Notes under the pieces: model-generated
The model's database searches: none
The model's input: only the letters and a program-made list of their open reading frames with translations
Told to the model about the DNA's origin: nothing
Source of the DNA: Candidatus Adlerbacteria bacterium
GTDB lineage: Bacteria > Patescibacteriota > Minisyncoccia > Phycocordibacterales > SBAW01
Direction: 5' to 3'
Length of the DNA: 24,331 nt
Assembly (NCBI GenBank): GCA_043784715.1
Contig: JAYVXZ010000029.1
Span: 1-24,331, forward strand
Shown here: positions 15,973 through 24,123 of the stretch, one piece after another
How positions within the stretch are numbered: the first letter of the stretch is position 1
Layout of the letters: each line of letters opens with the position of its first letter
Made by a program: the position numbers and the translations under genes

Positions 15973-16039
15973 TGAGGTAAGTCCGACTTGCCTCAAAAAA
16001 AGTAACAAAAACTCCGTCACTTTTTGGCGGAGTTTTTGT
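15973..16039. terminator. Two adjacent terminator hairpins between C2 and the convergent thrS
   Basis: tgaggtaagt-ccg-acttgcctca + A7, and acaaaaactccgtca-ctttt-tggcggagtttttgt overlapping the thrS stop. Confidence 0.85.
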
Positions 16040-17804
16040 TTTGGAAGTATTTTTTATACTCTTCATATGTGCGGTTCTTAATTTCGTGGGCGAGTTTGAG
16101 AACTATTTCATCAATTGAAAGTTGGCCAATTTTTCCTTTGTCGCGGCTTTCGAGAGTTGCCGCATTACTAGCAACCTCTTGGTCGCCGATAATAATGGTG
16201 TAAGGAACTTTCTCGAGTTTTGATGCGCGGATTTTTTTACCAAGCGTCTCACTCGAAGTGTCCAGTACGGCGCGTATGTCTGCGTCTAGGAGTGTCTCAA
16301 AAACTTTAGTTGCGTATTCCTGATGGGCATCGGCAATAGGGAGTACTTTGACCTGCACGGGCGAGAGCCACGTAGGGAAGGCGCCAGCATAATGTTCGAT
16401 GAGTATGCCCATGAAGCGCTCAGTTGAGCCGAGCATTGCGCGGTGTATAACTACGGGCTGAGACTTGCCCCCTTGCGCGTCGGTGTATTCAAGTTCAAAG
16501 CGCTTCGGCAAGTTGAAATCAAGCTGAATGGTCGAAAGTTGCCAATCGCGGCCAAGCACGTCTTTAAATATAAAGTCGAGCTTAGGACCATAGAATGCTG
16601 CTTCGTCTTCCGCTTCGCTGAACCGCCATCCAGTCTTCGCGACGACGCTTCTTAGTGCGTTCTGTGCCATATCCCACACCGCATCATCGCCAAGATATTT
16701 CTCTTTATTTTTTGAATCTCTAAGAGAAATCCGAACCCAAAAGTCAGCAAAGCCAAAAGTTTTGTAGACCTCAGCAATCATAGTCGTCATAAGCGTTATC
16801 TCTTTTTCAATCTGGTCGGGCATGCAAAACACGTGACAGTCGTCCTGTGTCAACGAACGGACGCGAGTGAGGCCGGAGAGCTCGCCGGATTTTTCGTAGC
16901 GATAGTTAGTGGTTGTTGCAGTGTATCGGACAGGAAGTTCGCGATAGGAGTGTGGAAGTGTCTTGTATAGCATCATGAAGTGCGGACAATTCATTGGTTT
17001 AAGATAGTAATCGTCACCGTCAATGCGCATGGGTGTGAACATTGCATCGTACTTGTCGAGGTGGCCCGAAATTTCGTACAACTTTCCTTTTGTAATGTGC
17101 GGTATCCAAATGGGTACATACCCGGCACGTTCCTGTAGTTTGGTAATGTATTCTTCGATAGTGCGGCGTAACATCGCGCCCTTTGGATAAAAAAGTGGCA
17201 AGCCGGGGCCAATTTCATCAATGATGGTGTACAACTCAAGTTCTTTTCCAAGTTTACGATGGTCGCGCTTTTTCGCTTCTTCGCGCAGGGTAAGGTATTC
17301 GTCCAAGCCTTTTTTATTTTCAAATGCGAGGCCATAGATGCGGGTAAGCATCGGGTTCTTTTCGTCCCCGCGCCAGTAGGCACCCGCCATTCTTTCGAGC
17401 TTAAAGGACTCTGCTTTGATGTCTTTGTTGGGGCGCTCCGAGTGGGCGCCGCGGCATAGGTCGGTGAAACCACCGCAGATATAGAAAGTAATTTCCTCGC
17501 CGGCATTTTGTATGTCGTCGATGAGTTCGAGTTTGTATTCGTTGTCTTTAAAATACTCGCGCGCCTCGGCATGCGTGACGACCCTGTGGTCGAATTTTTC
17601 CCACGAGGGGAGCAACTCGCGCATCTTCGCCTCAATTGGTAAAAGAGCATCTTCGCCCGTGGGCTTCTCGATGCCGAAGTCGAAGTCATAATAAAACCCA
17701 TTTTCAATAGCTGGGCCAATGGTCGGCTTCGCCCCTGGGTACAATTCCTTAATTGCCGCCGCCAAAAGATGGGCGAGTGTGTGGCGTGAGTGCTCTGTAT
17801 TCAT
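16017..17804 (-). CDS. thrS: Threonine--tRNA ligase (short N-terminus, no TGS domain)
   Basis: RHTLAHLLAAA, GPAIENGFYYDF, DLCRGAH, RDHRKLGKEL, LKPMNCP, GLTRVRSLTQDD, AAFYGPKLD, HRAMLGSTERF. The start is 17804; the longer ORF overlaps dnaE. Confidence 0.97.
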   Translation of the reverse strand: MNTEHSRHTLAHLLAAAIKELYPGAKPTIGPAIENGFYYDFDFGIEKPTGEDALLPIEAKMRELLPSWEKFDHRVVTHAEAREYFKDNEYKLELIDDIQNAGEEITFYICGGFTDLCRGAHSERPNKDIKAESFKLERMAGAYWRGDEKNPMLTRIYGLAFENKKGLDEYLTLREEAKKRDHRKLGKELELYTIIDEIGPGLPLFYPKGAMLRRTIEEYITKLQERAGYVPIWIPHITKGKLYEISGHLDKYDAMFTPMRIDGDDYYLKPMNCPHFMMLYKTLPHSYRELPVRYTATTTNYRYEKSGELSGLTRVRSLTQDDCHVFCMPDQIEKEITLMTTMIAEVYKTFGFADFWVRISLRDSKNKEKYLGDDAVWDMAQNALRSVVAKTGWRFSEAEDEAAFYGPKLDFIFKDVLGRDWQLSTIQLDFNLPKRFELEYTDAQGGKSQPVVIHRAMLGSTERFMGILIEHYAGAFPTWLSPVQVKVLPIADAHQEYATKVFETLLDADIRAVLDTSSETLGKKIRASKLEKVPYTIIIGDQEVASNAATLESRDKGKIGQLSIDEIVLKLAHEIKNRTYEEYKKYFQNKNSAKK

Positions 17805-17814
17805 ATAATCGAGA

Positions 17815-20800
17815 TTACAACGCCTTGAGAGCATCTGCAACGATGGAGTATTCGCCGTTGCGGTTATTAAGTTTGCCTTTGAGCACGATACAGGACTCAA
17901 CGCGGATGATATCTTTGTGGGTCGCGTAGTCTTTTGGGAAGACGACTGCCTCGATAGAGCCGTCGAAGTCTGCAAGCTTGATAAAAGCCATTTGGTCACC
18001 CTTCTTGGTAAGTATCACGCGCACGTTCTCAATCATCCCGCCGGTGATGGTCACCATGCCCGGCTTCACGCGTGCCTTGAGTTGGCCGAGCGTCATGTTG
18101 CGCTTAGCTAGGCGCTCTTTAAATTTGTCCAACGGGTGTCCCGAGACGTATAACCCAAGCAGCTCCTTTTCCCATAAAAGCCGCTGGTCCATGGTCGCTT
18201 CCGGTGCGATAGGCAACAGTAAGTCGGCAGGCCCACTGTCGACGCCGGCAAAAAGAGAATCTTGTGAAGCGTCTTTACCCGCGTCGCGATGATACTGCAG
18301 CAACAACTCGATAGAGTGCTGCATAGTGCCGCGCTCGCCGAGCGAGTCGAGCGCCCCACATTGTATGAGCGCCTCCAACCCTTTTTTGTTGAGGCTTTGC
18401 CCCGACACGCGCGAAAGGAAGTCGGCGAGCGAAATAAAAGGACCGTTCAATTGTCGCTCAGCGATGATAGAGTCGGCTATGCCTGTGCCAAAGTTTTTAA
18501 TCGAATAGAGCCCAAAGCGAATCGCCGAGGAGGCAGGAACAAAAGTTTCCTGGACAAAATAGTCTGGCCCGCTTGGATGCAAAGTATCCCTGACAGGAGA
18601 CTCGAGGACTTTTTGGGAGGGAAACTTTTGTTCCTGCCCTGTCACGACAGTAAAGTCGCCAAAACTCTCATTAATGTCCGGCGAAAGGATAGGCACATTC
18701 ATGCGCTTACACTCGGCAACCATAATCGAAATTGTTTCGATGTCGCCCGACTCGGCGGTAAGTACGGCGGTCATGTACTCGACGGGGTAGTTGGCTTTGA
18801 GGTACGCGGTTTGGTAGGCGACACGGCCATAGCTCGCGGAGTGCGCCTTGTTGAAGCCGTATGCGGCGAACGGTTCTATCCACGCCCACACTTCGTGCGC
18901 TTTTTTTGGCGACCAGTTGGAATGGTGGATGCAGCCCTCGATAAACTTCTCTTTTTGCTTTGCCATTTCCTCGGGGATTTTTTTACCGACGGCTTTGCGG
19001 AACTTGTCGACTTCGCCCCAGGTGTATCCAGCAATTTGGTTGGCCATCATCAAGAGGTCATCTTGGTAGACGAGCACGCCGTAGGTTTGCTTAAGTATCG
19101 GCTCGATGGCCGGGTCGAGGTAGGAGATAAGAAAGGAGTTGTGCTTACGCTTAATGTAGTCGGGGATGAACTGCATAGGGCCCGGGCGGTAGAGCGCCAC
19201 CATAGCGTTGATGTCGTGAATGGTGGTGGGCTTGAGGTCGATGAGCCACTTGGTCATGCCGGCGCCGTTAAGCTGGAAGGTGCCTTCAGTCTCGCCGCGC
19301 GCCAGCATCTCGAAGGTTTTCTTGTCGTTCATGGGGATGTCTTCGATATCGACTTTAACGCCGAGAATTTTCTCGATGAGGCCGACCGCACTCGCGAGGA
19401 TGGTGAGGTTTCGGATACCAAGAAAGTCGAATTTGGTTAGGCCAACACCGTCTTCGCCGACAGAGTACATGTCGTACTGCGTGATTATCTTGCCGCCTTT
19501 GGGGTCGAGCTGGAGTGGCGCATATTCGACAAGCGGGTTTGGAGAAATAACCACACCTGCGGCATGGACGCCCACGTGGCGCGCGCAGCCCTCAATTTTT
19601 TTGCCGAGGTCGATTATTTCGCGCGTCTCTTCCTCGTTGTTGTACATCTTTGCGAGCTCAGTGTTTTCGGCCAACGCGCGGTCGAGCGTCATAGGGAAGC
19701 CTTGCTGGCCGAAAGGAATTTCTTTGGCTAAGCGGTCGCCCAGGCCGTATGGATAGCGAAGGGCGCGCGCCACGTCGCGGACGACACCGCGCGCGAGCAT
19801 GGTGCCAAAAGTGCCTATTTGCGCGACGTGGTCGGCGCCATATTTTTCGCGGGCATAGTTGATAACCTCTTCGCGCCTGTCGTCGGCGAAGTCCATGTCG
19901 ATGTCGGGGGCCGACGGGCGCTCCGGGTTGAGGAAGCGCTCGAAGGGGATCTTATATTCAAGCGGGTCAATTTTTGTTATTTGCAAAAGATAGGTGGTCA
20001 TCGAGCCGGCGACCGAACCGCGAATGTTGGAGTAGATATTATTTTCGCGCGAAAAGCGAATGAGGTCCTCCACTACCAGGAAATACATCGCGTACCCTTT
20101 GAAGGCAATAATGCCGAGTTCATAGTCGAGTCGCTCAAGCACTTCGGGTTTGCCCACAAGCTCGCGCGCATGCATGCCGACCATGCACAGCTCGCGCAAG
20201 ACGTCGTCGGCAGTTTTGCCGGGTGGAAGTGGGAAGGTAGGGAAGACGAATGTGCCGAGCACTAACTCGACAGTGCAGCGGTCGGAAATTTTTACAGAAT
20301 TTTCAAGTGCTTCCGGATAGAGCTCGAACAGCTCAGCCATTTCAGCCGCGCCGCGAAAGGCGTAGTCTTCTTCCATTGGATTTTCCTCGACAGCCTGAGG
20401 GTCTCCTATTTTGCGCAAGGTTTGCCACGCCAGACGGTCGTCGCGGTCTATATAGTATGTCTCTTGGCTCGCAACGAGCGGTATGTCGTGCTTCTTTGCG
20501 AACGCCGTTAGCACTTCGACCGTTTGCTCATGACCGTCGAGCTCTTCGTGCATCGAGAGTTCCAAAAATAAATTCTCTTTACCAAAAATACTCAAGTAGT
20601 CGCTCAGTGTGCGCTGTGCTTTTTCTTCGTCACGAGCGCGCAGCGCTGCCGGAATTTCGCCATGTAAACAGGGTACGACTGCAATTAATCCTGCTGCATG
20701 TTCGCGCAGCGTATCGCGCGTCATCGTGGCGCGACCCTCGTGCTCGGTCGTATAGGACTTGGTGACTAATTTCAAAAGGTTGCGATAGCCTGCGTCATTT

Positions 20801-21045
20801 TCGGCATACAACAAAAGCCGCGCATCGTCGGGCAAAAACGCCTCGATGCCAATGATAGGTTTGACGTCGTATTTGCGACAGACGTCTATAAACTCAATAG
20901 CCCCGTAGAGGTTGCCTAGGTCCGTCAAAGCGAGCGCCGTGCAGCCCTGCGCCTTGGCCGCCTTTACCAAGTCAGGCAACTTCGGCAGCGCCTGCAGTAG
21001 CGAGTAGTGGGAGTGGATATGGAGTGGGGTAAATCGCGCAGACAT
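17815..21045 (-). CDS. dnaE: DNA polymerase III alpha subunit
   Basis: PHP (LHIHSHYSLL), RGSVAGS, FERFLNPERPSAPDIDMDF, KFDFLG, YGFNKAHS and a C-terminal OB fold. The start is placed at MSARF, 6 nt after TATAAT. Confidence 0.97.
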   Translation of the reverse strand: MSARFTPLHIHSHYSLLQALPKLPDLVKAAKAQGCTALALTDLGNLYGAIEFIDVCRKYDVKPIIGIEAFLPDDARLLLYAENDAGYRNLLKLVTKSYTTEHEGRATMTRDTLREHAAGLIAVVPCLHGEIPAALRARDEEKAQRTLSDYLSIFGKENLFLELSMHEELDGHEQTVEVLTAFAKKHDIPLVASQETYYIDRDDRLAWQTLRKIGDPQAVEENPMEEDYAFRGAAEMAELFELYPEALENSVKISDRCTVELVLGTFVFPTFPLPPGKTADDVLRELCMVGMHARELVGKPEVLERLDYELGIIAFKGYAMYFLVVEDLIRFSRENNIYSNIRGSVAGSMTTYLLQITKIDPLEYKIPFERFLNPERPSAPDIDMDFADDRREEVINYAREKYGADHVAQIGTFGTMLARGVVRDVARALRYPYGLGDRLAKEIPFGQQGFPMTLDRALAENTELAKMYNNEEETREIIDLGKKIEGCARHVGVHAAGVVISPNPLVEYAPLQLDPKGGKIITQYDMYSVGEDGVGLTKFDFLGIRNLTILASAVGLIEKILGVKVDIEDIPMNDKKTFEMLARGETEGTFQLNGAGMTKWLIDLKPTTIHDINAMVALYRPGPMQFIPDYIKRKHNSFLISYLDPAIEPILKQTYGVLVYQDDLLMMANQIAGYTWGEVDKFRKAVGKKIPEEMAKQKEKFIEGCIHHSNWSPKKAHEVWAWIEPFAAYGFNKAHSASYGRVAYQTAYLKANYPVEYMTAVLTAESGDIETISIMVAECKRMNVPILSPDINESFGDFTVVTGQEQKFPSQKVLESPVRDTLHPSGPDYFVQETFVPASSAIRFGLYSIKNFGTGIADSIIAERQLNGPFISLADFLSRVSGQSLNKKGLEALIQCGALDSLGERGTMQHSIELLLQYHRDAGKDASQDSLFAGVDSGPADLLLPIAPEATMDQRLLWEKELLGLYVSGHPLDKFKERLAKRNMTLGQLKARVKPGMVTITGGMIENVRVILTKKGDQMAFIKLADFDGSIEAVVFPKDYATHKDIIRVESCIVLKGKLNNRNGEYSIVADALKAL
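18532..18638. repeat. Perfect 19-bp inverted repeat forming an in-frame insertion in dnaE
   Basis: ggcaggaacaaaagtttcc (18532-18550) / ggaaacttttgttcctgcc (18620-18638), with inner caaaa..agtc / gactttttg pairing. Confidence 0.95.
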
Positions 21046-21051
21046 GTAGCG

Positions 21052-21105
21052 ATTATACCGCATCTGAGTTTAAAATTTCTTTGTGGGACTCGTCCGGACT
21101 ATTAT
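21052..21105. promoter_or_regulatory. Divergent -10 elements for dnaE and rnhB, each 6 nt before the ATG (probably leaderless)
   Basis: Minus strand TATAAT-cgctac-ATG; plus strand TATTAT-atgtaa-ATG. Confidence 0.6.
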
Positions 21106-21111
21106 ATGTAA

Positions 21112-21741
21112 ATGGCAAAATTTCTTGTTGGCGTAGACGAAGCAGGGCGAGGGCCCATAGCCGGTCCGGTGGCGGTGGGGATTATTGTCGCGCCCGCGCG
21201 CTTTGATATATCAAAGTCTTTCCCGGGCGTTGCAGATTCTAAAAAACTCAATGAGAAGAAACGGGAAGAGATATTCAAACAGTTACAAGATAAAAGTGGA
21301 AAGGGGAAACAGCAACAAGAAAAAGCAGTACTACGATATATCGTAGTGTTTGCGTCGGCTAAAATGATAGATGTGAAGGGGATTAGCTTTGCAGTGCGGC
21401 ATTCTATATATAAAGGAATTAAAGCGCTCGCGCCTGACCCGAAAGAATACAAAATATTACTCGATGGACTTTTGAAGGCCCCACCCGAGTATGTTCAACA
21501 AACTATCATTGGCGGCGATGCAACCGAGCCCATAATTTCTCTCGCTTCGATTGCCGCCAAAGTGACGCGCGATAGGCTCATGAAGCGACTCGCTAAAAAA
21601 TATCCCGGCTTCGGGTTCGAGGTGCATAAAGGGTACGGTACGCCAAAGCATTATGCAGCAATTCGAGCGCAGGGACTGTGTGAGCTTCATAGAAGGAGTT
21701 ATGGATTAGGTGGTATGTCGACTGAAGATTTCGTGATATAA
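21112..21741 (+). CDS. rnhB: Ribonuclease HII
   Basis: GVDEAGRGPIAGPV, DSKKL, LLDG, GGDA..IISLASIAAKVTRD, HKGYGT..H, HRRSY. Confidence 0.97.
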   Translation: MAKFLVGVDEAGRGPIAGPVAVGIIVAPARFDISKSFPGVADSKKLNEKKREEIFKQLQDKSGKGKQQQEKAVLRYIVVFASAKMIDVKGISFAVRHSIYKGIKALAPDPKEYKILLDGLLKAPPEYVQQTIIGGDATEPIISLASIAAKVTRDRLMKRLAKKYPGFGFEVHKGYGTPKHYAAIRAQGLCELHRRSYGLGGMSTEDFVI

Positions 21742-21802
21742 AGAGATTGGCTGTACTTTGTTTCTGTGCGGCTACAAAAGTAACAAATCGGGGATAATTA
21801 GT

Positions 21803-22087
21803 GTGCAACTAAGCCGAAAGGATTCTGATGATCCTCCAAAATTGCCTTTATCTGGAGCGCTTGAGTTGTTCCGAAGACGAGCGGTTAGAACCGGAGCGTG
21901 TGTAGATAAGGCGCTGTGTACTACCTGTGCCTATCGCACCGGTGACTGGCCCGAGGGCAGGGCAGTCCTCAAAGACCATCAAGGCTTGCCGCTAGTGCAC
22001 TGCAAGATATACGACAGTGGCTGGCAAGTGCCGCCTATGACCGACTGCCGTAGTTACATTCCTGATGCGACCCTAGCTGCCGCTTAA
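21803..22087 (+). CDS. Small Cys-rich hypothetical protein (94 aa from GTG) ending in LAAA
   Basis: GGGGA SD 8 nt before the in-frame GTG; CTTC...HC...DCRSY pattern; terminator directly downstream. Confidence 0.6.
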   Translation: MQLSRKDSDDPPKLPLSGALELFRRRAVRTGACVDKALCTTCAYRTGDWPEGRAVLKDHQGLPLVHCKIYDSGWQVPPMTDCRSYIPDATLAAA

Positions 22088-22091
22088 CCTT

Positions 22092-22128
22092 GCTCCCTAT
22101 CGCATCTTGCGACGGGGGCTTTTCTTTT
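22092..22128 (+). terminator. Intrinsic terminator
   Basis: gctccc(ta)tcgca-tct-tgcga(c)gggggc followed by ttttctttt. Confidence 0.7.
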
Positions 22129-22154
22129 CCAAGGTTATTTGCTATAGTCCACCT

Positions 22155-22388
22155 ATGGTAGTCCGCATGAGACATACGAGGGCGCATACCGCGAACAGGC
22201 GTTCGCACCATGCGCTCAAGGTTCACACGCTCGCAAAGTGCGAGTGTGGAGGCGTTCGTGTGTCTCATCGCGCGTGTCCAAGCTGTGGGCGCTACCGTGG
22301 ACGTGTGGTAGTCGACTTGGTCAAAAAAGCCGAGAAGAAGAATGCCAAGCGTGCAAAAAGTGGGAACAAAAGCGAGGCTTCGAAGTAG
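22155..22388 (+). CDS. rpmF: 50S ribosomal protein L32 (Zn-ribbon type)
   Basis: RRSHHAL...CECG...SHRACPSCGRYRGR; TGCTATAGT 6 nt before the ATG. Confidence 0.95.
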   Translation: MVVRMRHTRAHTANRRSHHALKVHTLAKCECGGVRVSHRACPSCGRYRGRVVVDLVKKAEKKNAKRAKSGNKSEASK

Positions 22389-22474
22389 CTCACGTTGAGC
22401 GTCGGGCTTGGCCTTTGGGTCTAGAATTTTATCTTACAGTAAGAATTGAGTGCGCCCTGCGTTCTTTAAAAACA

Positions 22475-23380
22475 ATGGCTAATCGTCACCTATCGAGATC
22501 GGTGGTACTCCAAACACTCTTCGAGTGGGATTTTCGACAATTTGGCCCCAAACAAGCTGAAGAGGTGCTCGAGCGCAACATCGACGAATTTGCACCCGGG
22601 GCCTCTGACGTACCTTTTATGGAGGACCTCTTGAAGGGGACCATCTCTCGAAAAAACGATTTAGACTTGGTGATAGAAAAGGCAGCGCCCGAGTGGCCGT
22701 TGTCGCGCATTGCGCCCGTTGACCGAAACGTACTGCGTCTCGGCCTGTACGAGCTCCTTTTTGCGGACCGCGACAAGGTGCCTGCGAAGGTCGCAATCAA
22801 CGAAGCTATCGAGCTTGCAAAAAGCTTTGGTGGCGAAAACTCTGGACGCTTTGTTAACGGTGTACTCGGCGCAGTGTACAAAGAGCTGGGCGAGCCCGGC
22901 AAAGACGAAACATCTAAAAAGAAGAAGAGCGTACCGTTTGAGGAAATGCCGCAAGAAAGGCTTGTTGGCGCGGTCGTCTACTGCAAGCTCGCCGGCAACT
23001 ACCAGCTCGCACTCGTGCACGACATCTTCGGCCACTGGACGCTCTCCAAAGGCAAACTGACTCCCGAGGAAACTCCCGAGGCAGGTGTCGTTCGTAAAAT
23101 AAAAGAAGAGATAGGACTCGATATCGAGCCAAAAGAGCGTATCGGCGAGAACGAATACATCGCTTCGGACCCCGAAGCAGGCAAGAAGCGAAAGCACGTG
23201 ATTTACTTTTTGGCGGAATCGTCGCACACCCAAATCGACCTCGCGGTCAAAGGCGGGCTCGACGACGCGAAGTGGTTCCCGCTGGACCAGGCGCTGGAGC
23301 TCAACTTTTACGACGACATGCTCCCGATTGTTATGAAAGCAGTACAGAAATTACTACCCGGTAAACACTCACATGGCTAA
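22475..23380 (+). CDS. nusB: NusB fused to a C-terminal Nudix-fold domain
   Basis: MANRHLSR..LQTLFEWDF, DRNVLRLGLYEL, VAINEAIELAKSFG..SGRFVNGVLG; then WTLSKGKLTPEETPEAGVVRKIKEEIGL. The start is 22475. Confidence 0.93.
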   Translation: MANRHLSRSVVLQTLFEWDFRQFGPKQAEEVLERNIDEFAPGASDVPFMEDLLKGTISRKNDLDLVIEKAAPEWPLSRIAPVDRNVLRLGLYELLFADRDKVPAKVAINEAIELAKSFGGENSGRFVNGVLGAVYKELGEPGKDETSKKKKSVPFEEMPQERLVGAVVYCKLAGNYQLALVHDIFGHWTLSKGKLTPEETPEAGVVRKIKEEIGLDIEPKERIGENEYIASDPEAGKKRKHVIYFLAESSHTQIDLAVKGGLDDAKWFPLDQALELNFYDDMLPIVMKAVQKLLPGKHSHG

Positions 23381-24065
23381 AGAATTTGCAACGTTTGAGG
23401 AGAAGATAGGTATCACGTTTACAAACCAGATGTTGCTTCGGCAAGCGTTCACACACCGTTCCTACTTAAATGAGCACCGAGGCGAAGTCCATGGGCACAA
23501 CGAGCGTTTAGAGTTTTTAGGAGACGCCGTGTTGGAATTAATTTCAACGCATTTTTTGTATACAAGGTTTCCTGAGAAGGACGAAGGCGAATTGACCGCC
23601 TACCGCGCAGCGCTCGTGAATGCGGTAATACTCTCCGAAATTGCTGCGGGCATCGAGATGAACGACTACCTCCTCCTGTCACGCGGCGAAGCAAAGGACC
23701 AAGGCAGGGCGCGCGGCGTGCTCTTGGCGAATGCGTTCGAAGCGCTCATCGGCGCCATATACCTTGACCAAGGTTACGACGCGGCTCAAACGTTCATCGA
23801 GCGATTTCTATTGCCGCAAATCGAAGATATTCTCGAGCGTCGTTTGTGGCAAGACGCAAAGTCGACGCTCCAAGAAAAGGTGCAGGAGCATCAGGGCGTC
23901 ACCCCGTCCTACCAGGTTCTCAAAGAGACCGGTCCTGACCACGACAAACACTTTATAGTCGGTGTCTTTGCCAAAGACGACATGCTTGCGCAAGGAGAAG
24001 GCAAGTCCAAACAAGAAGCCGAACAATCCGCCGCACGGGCAGCTATTGACGCGCGCGGGTGGTAG
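23373..24065 (+). CDS. rnc: Ribonuclease III
   Basis: AFTHRSY, NERLEFLGDAVL, LANAFEALIGAIYLD and dsRBD DAKSTLQE...GPDHDKHF...AEQSAA. Confidence 0.98.
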   Translation: MAKEFATFEEKIGITFTNQMLLRQAFTHRSYLNEHRGEVHGHNERLEFLGDAVLELISTHFLYTRFPEKDEGELTAYRAALVNAVILSEIAAGIEMNDYLLLSRGEAKDQGRARGVLLANAFEALIGAIYLDQGYDAAQTFIERFLLPQIEDILERRLWQDAKSTLQEKVQEHQGVTPSYQVLKETGPDHDKHFIVGVFAKDDMLAQGEGKSKQEAEQSAARAAIDARGW

Positions 24066-24067
24066 GG

Positions 24068-24096
24068 TTGACAAAATATATTTAAAGCACTATAAA
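24068..24096 (+). promoter_or_regulatory. Sigma70 promoter
   Basis: TTGACA-17-TATAAA. Confidence 0.7.
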
Positions 24097-24123
24097 TCTA
24101 CCAGTCAGATTGGGGAGATATGT

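Noticed and set aside
5043-16016. Prophage or integrative element as the origin of the island
   Set aside because: No integrase, transposase, phage structural genes, tRNA target or flanking direct repeats were seen.
17805-17999. 65-aa N-terminal extension of ThrS given by the ORF track
   Set aside because: It overlaps the dnaE 3' end in another frame; ThrS homology begins at MNTEHSRHTLAH.
18289-19440. 383-aa ORF and other long ORFs antisense to dnaE, gyrB, thrS and C2
   Set aside because: These are shadow frames of well-supported genes with no recognisable motifs, SDs or promoters.
21742-22150. tmRNA (ssrA), suggested by an ORF ending LAAA-stop
   Set aside because: No tRNA-like 5' GGGG..TCGA acceptor/D region and no T-arm + CCA 3' end are visible. 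The ORF has its own SD, start and Cys pattern.
22238-22474. 79-aa N-terminal extension of NusB
   Set aside because: It overlaps rpmF; the NusB motif starts at MANRHLSR (22475).
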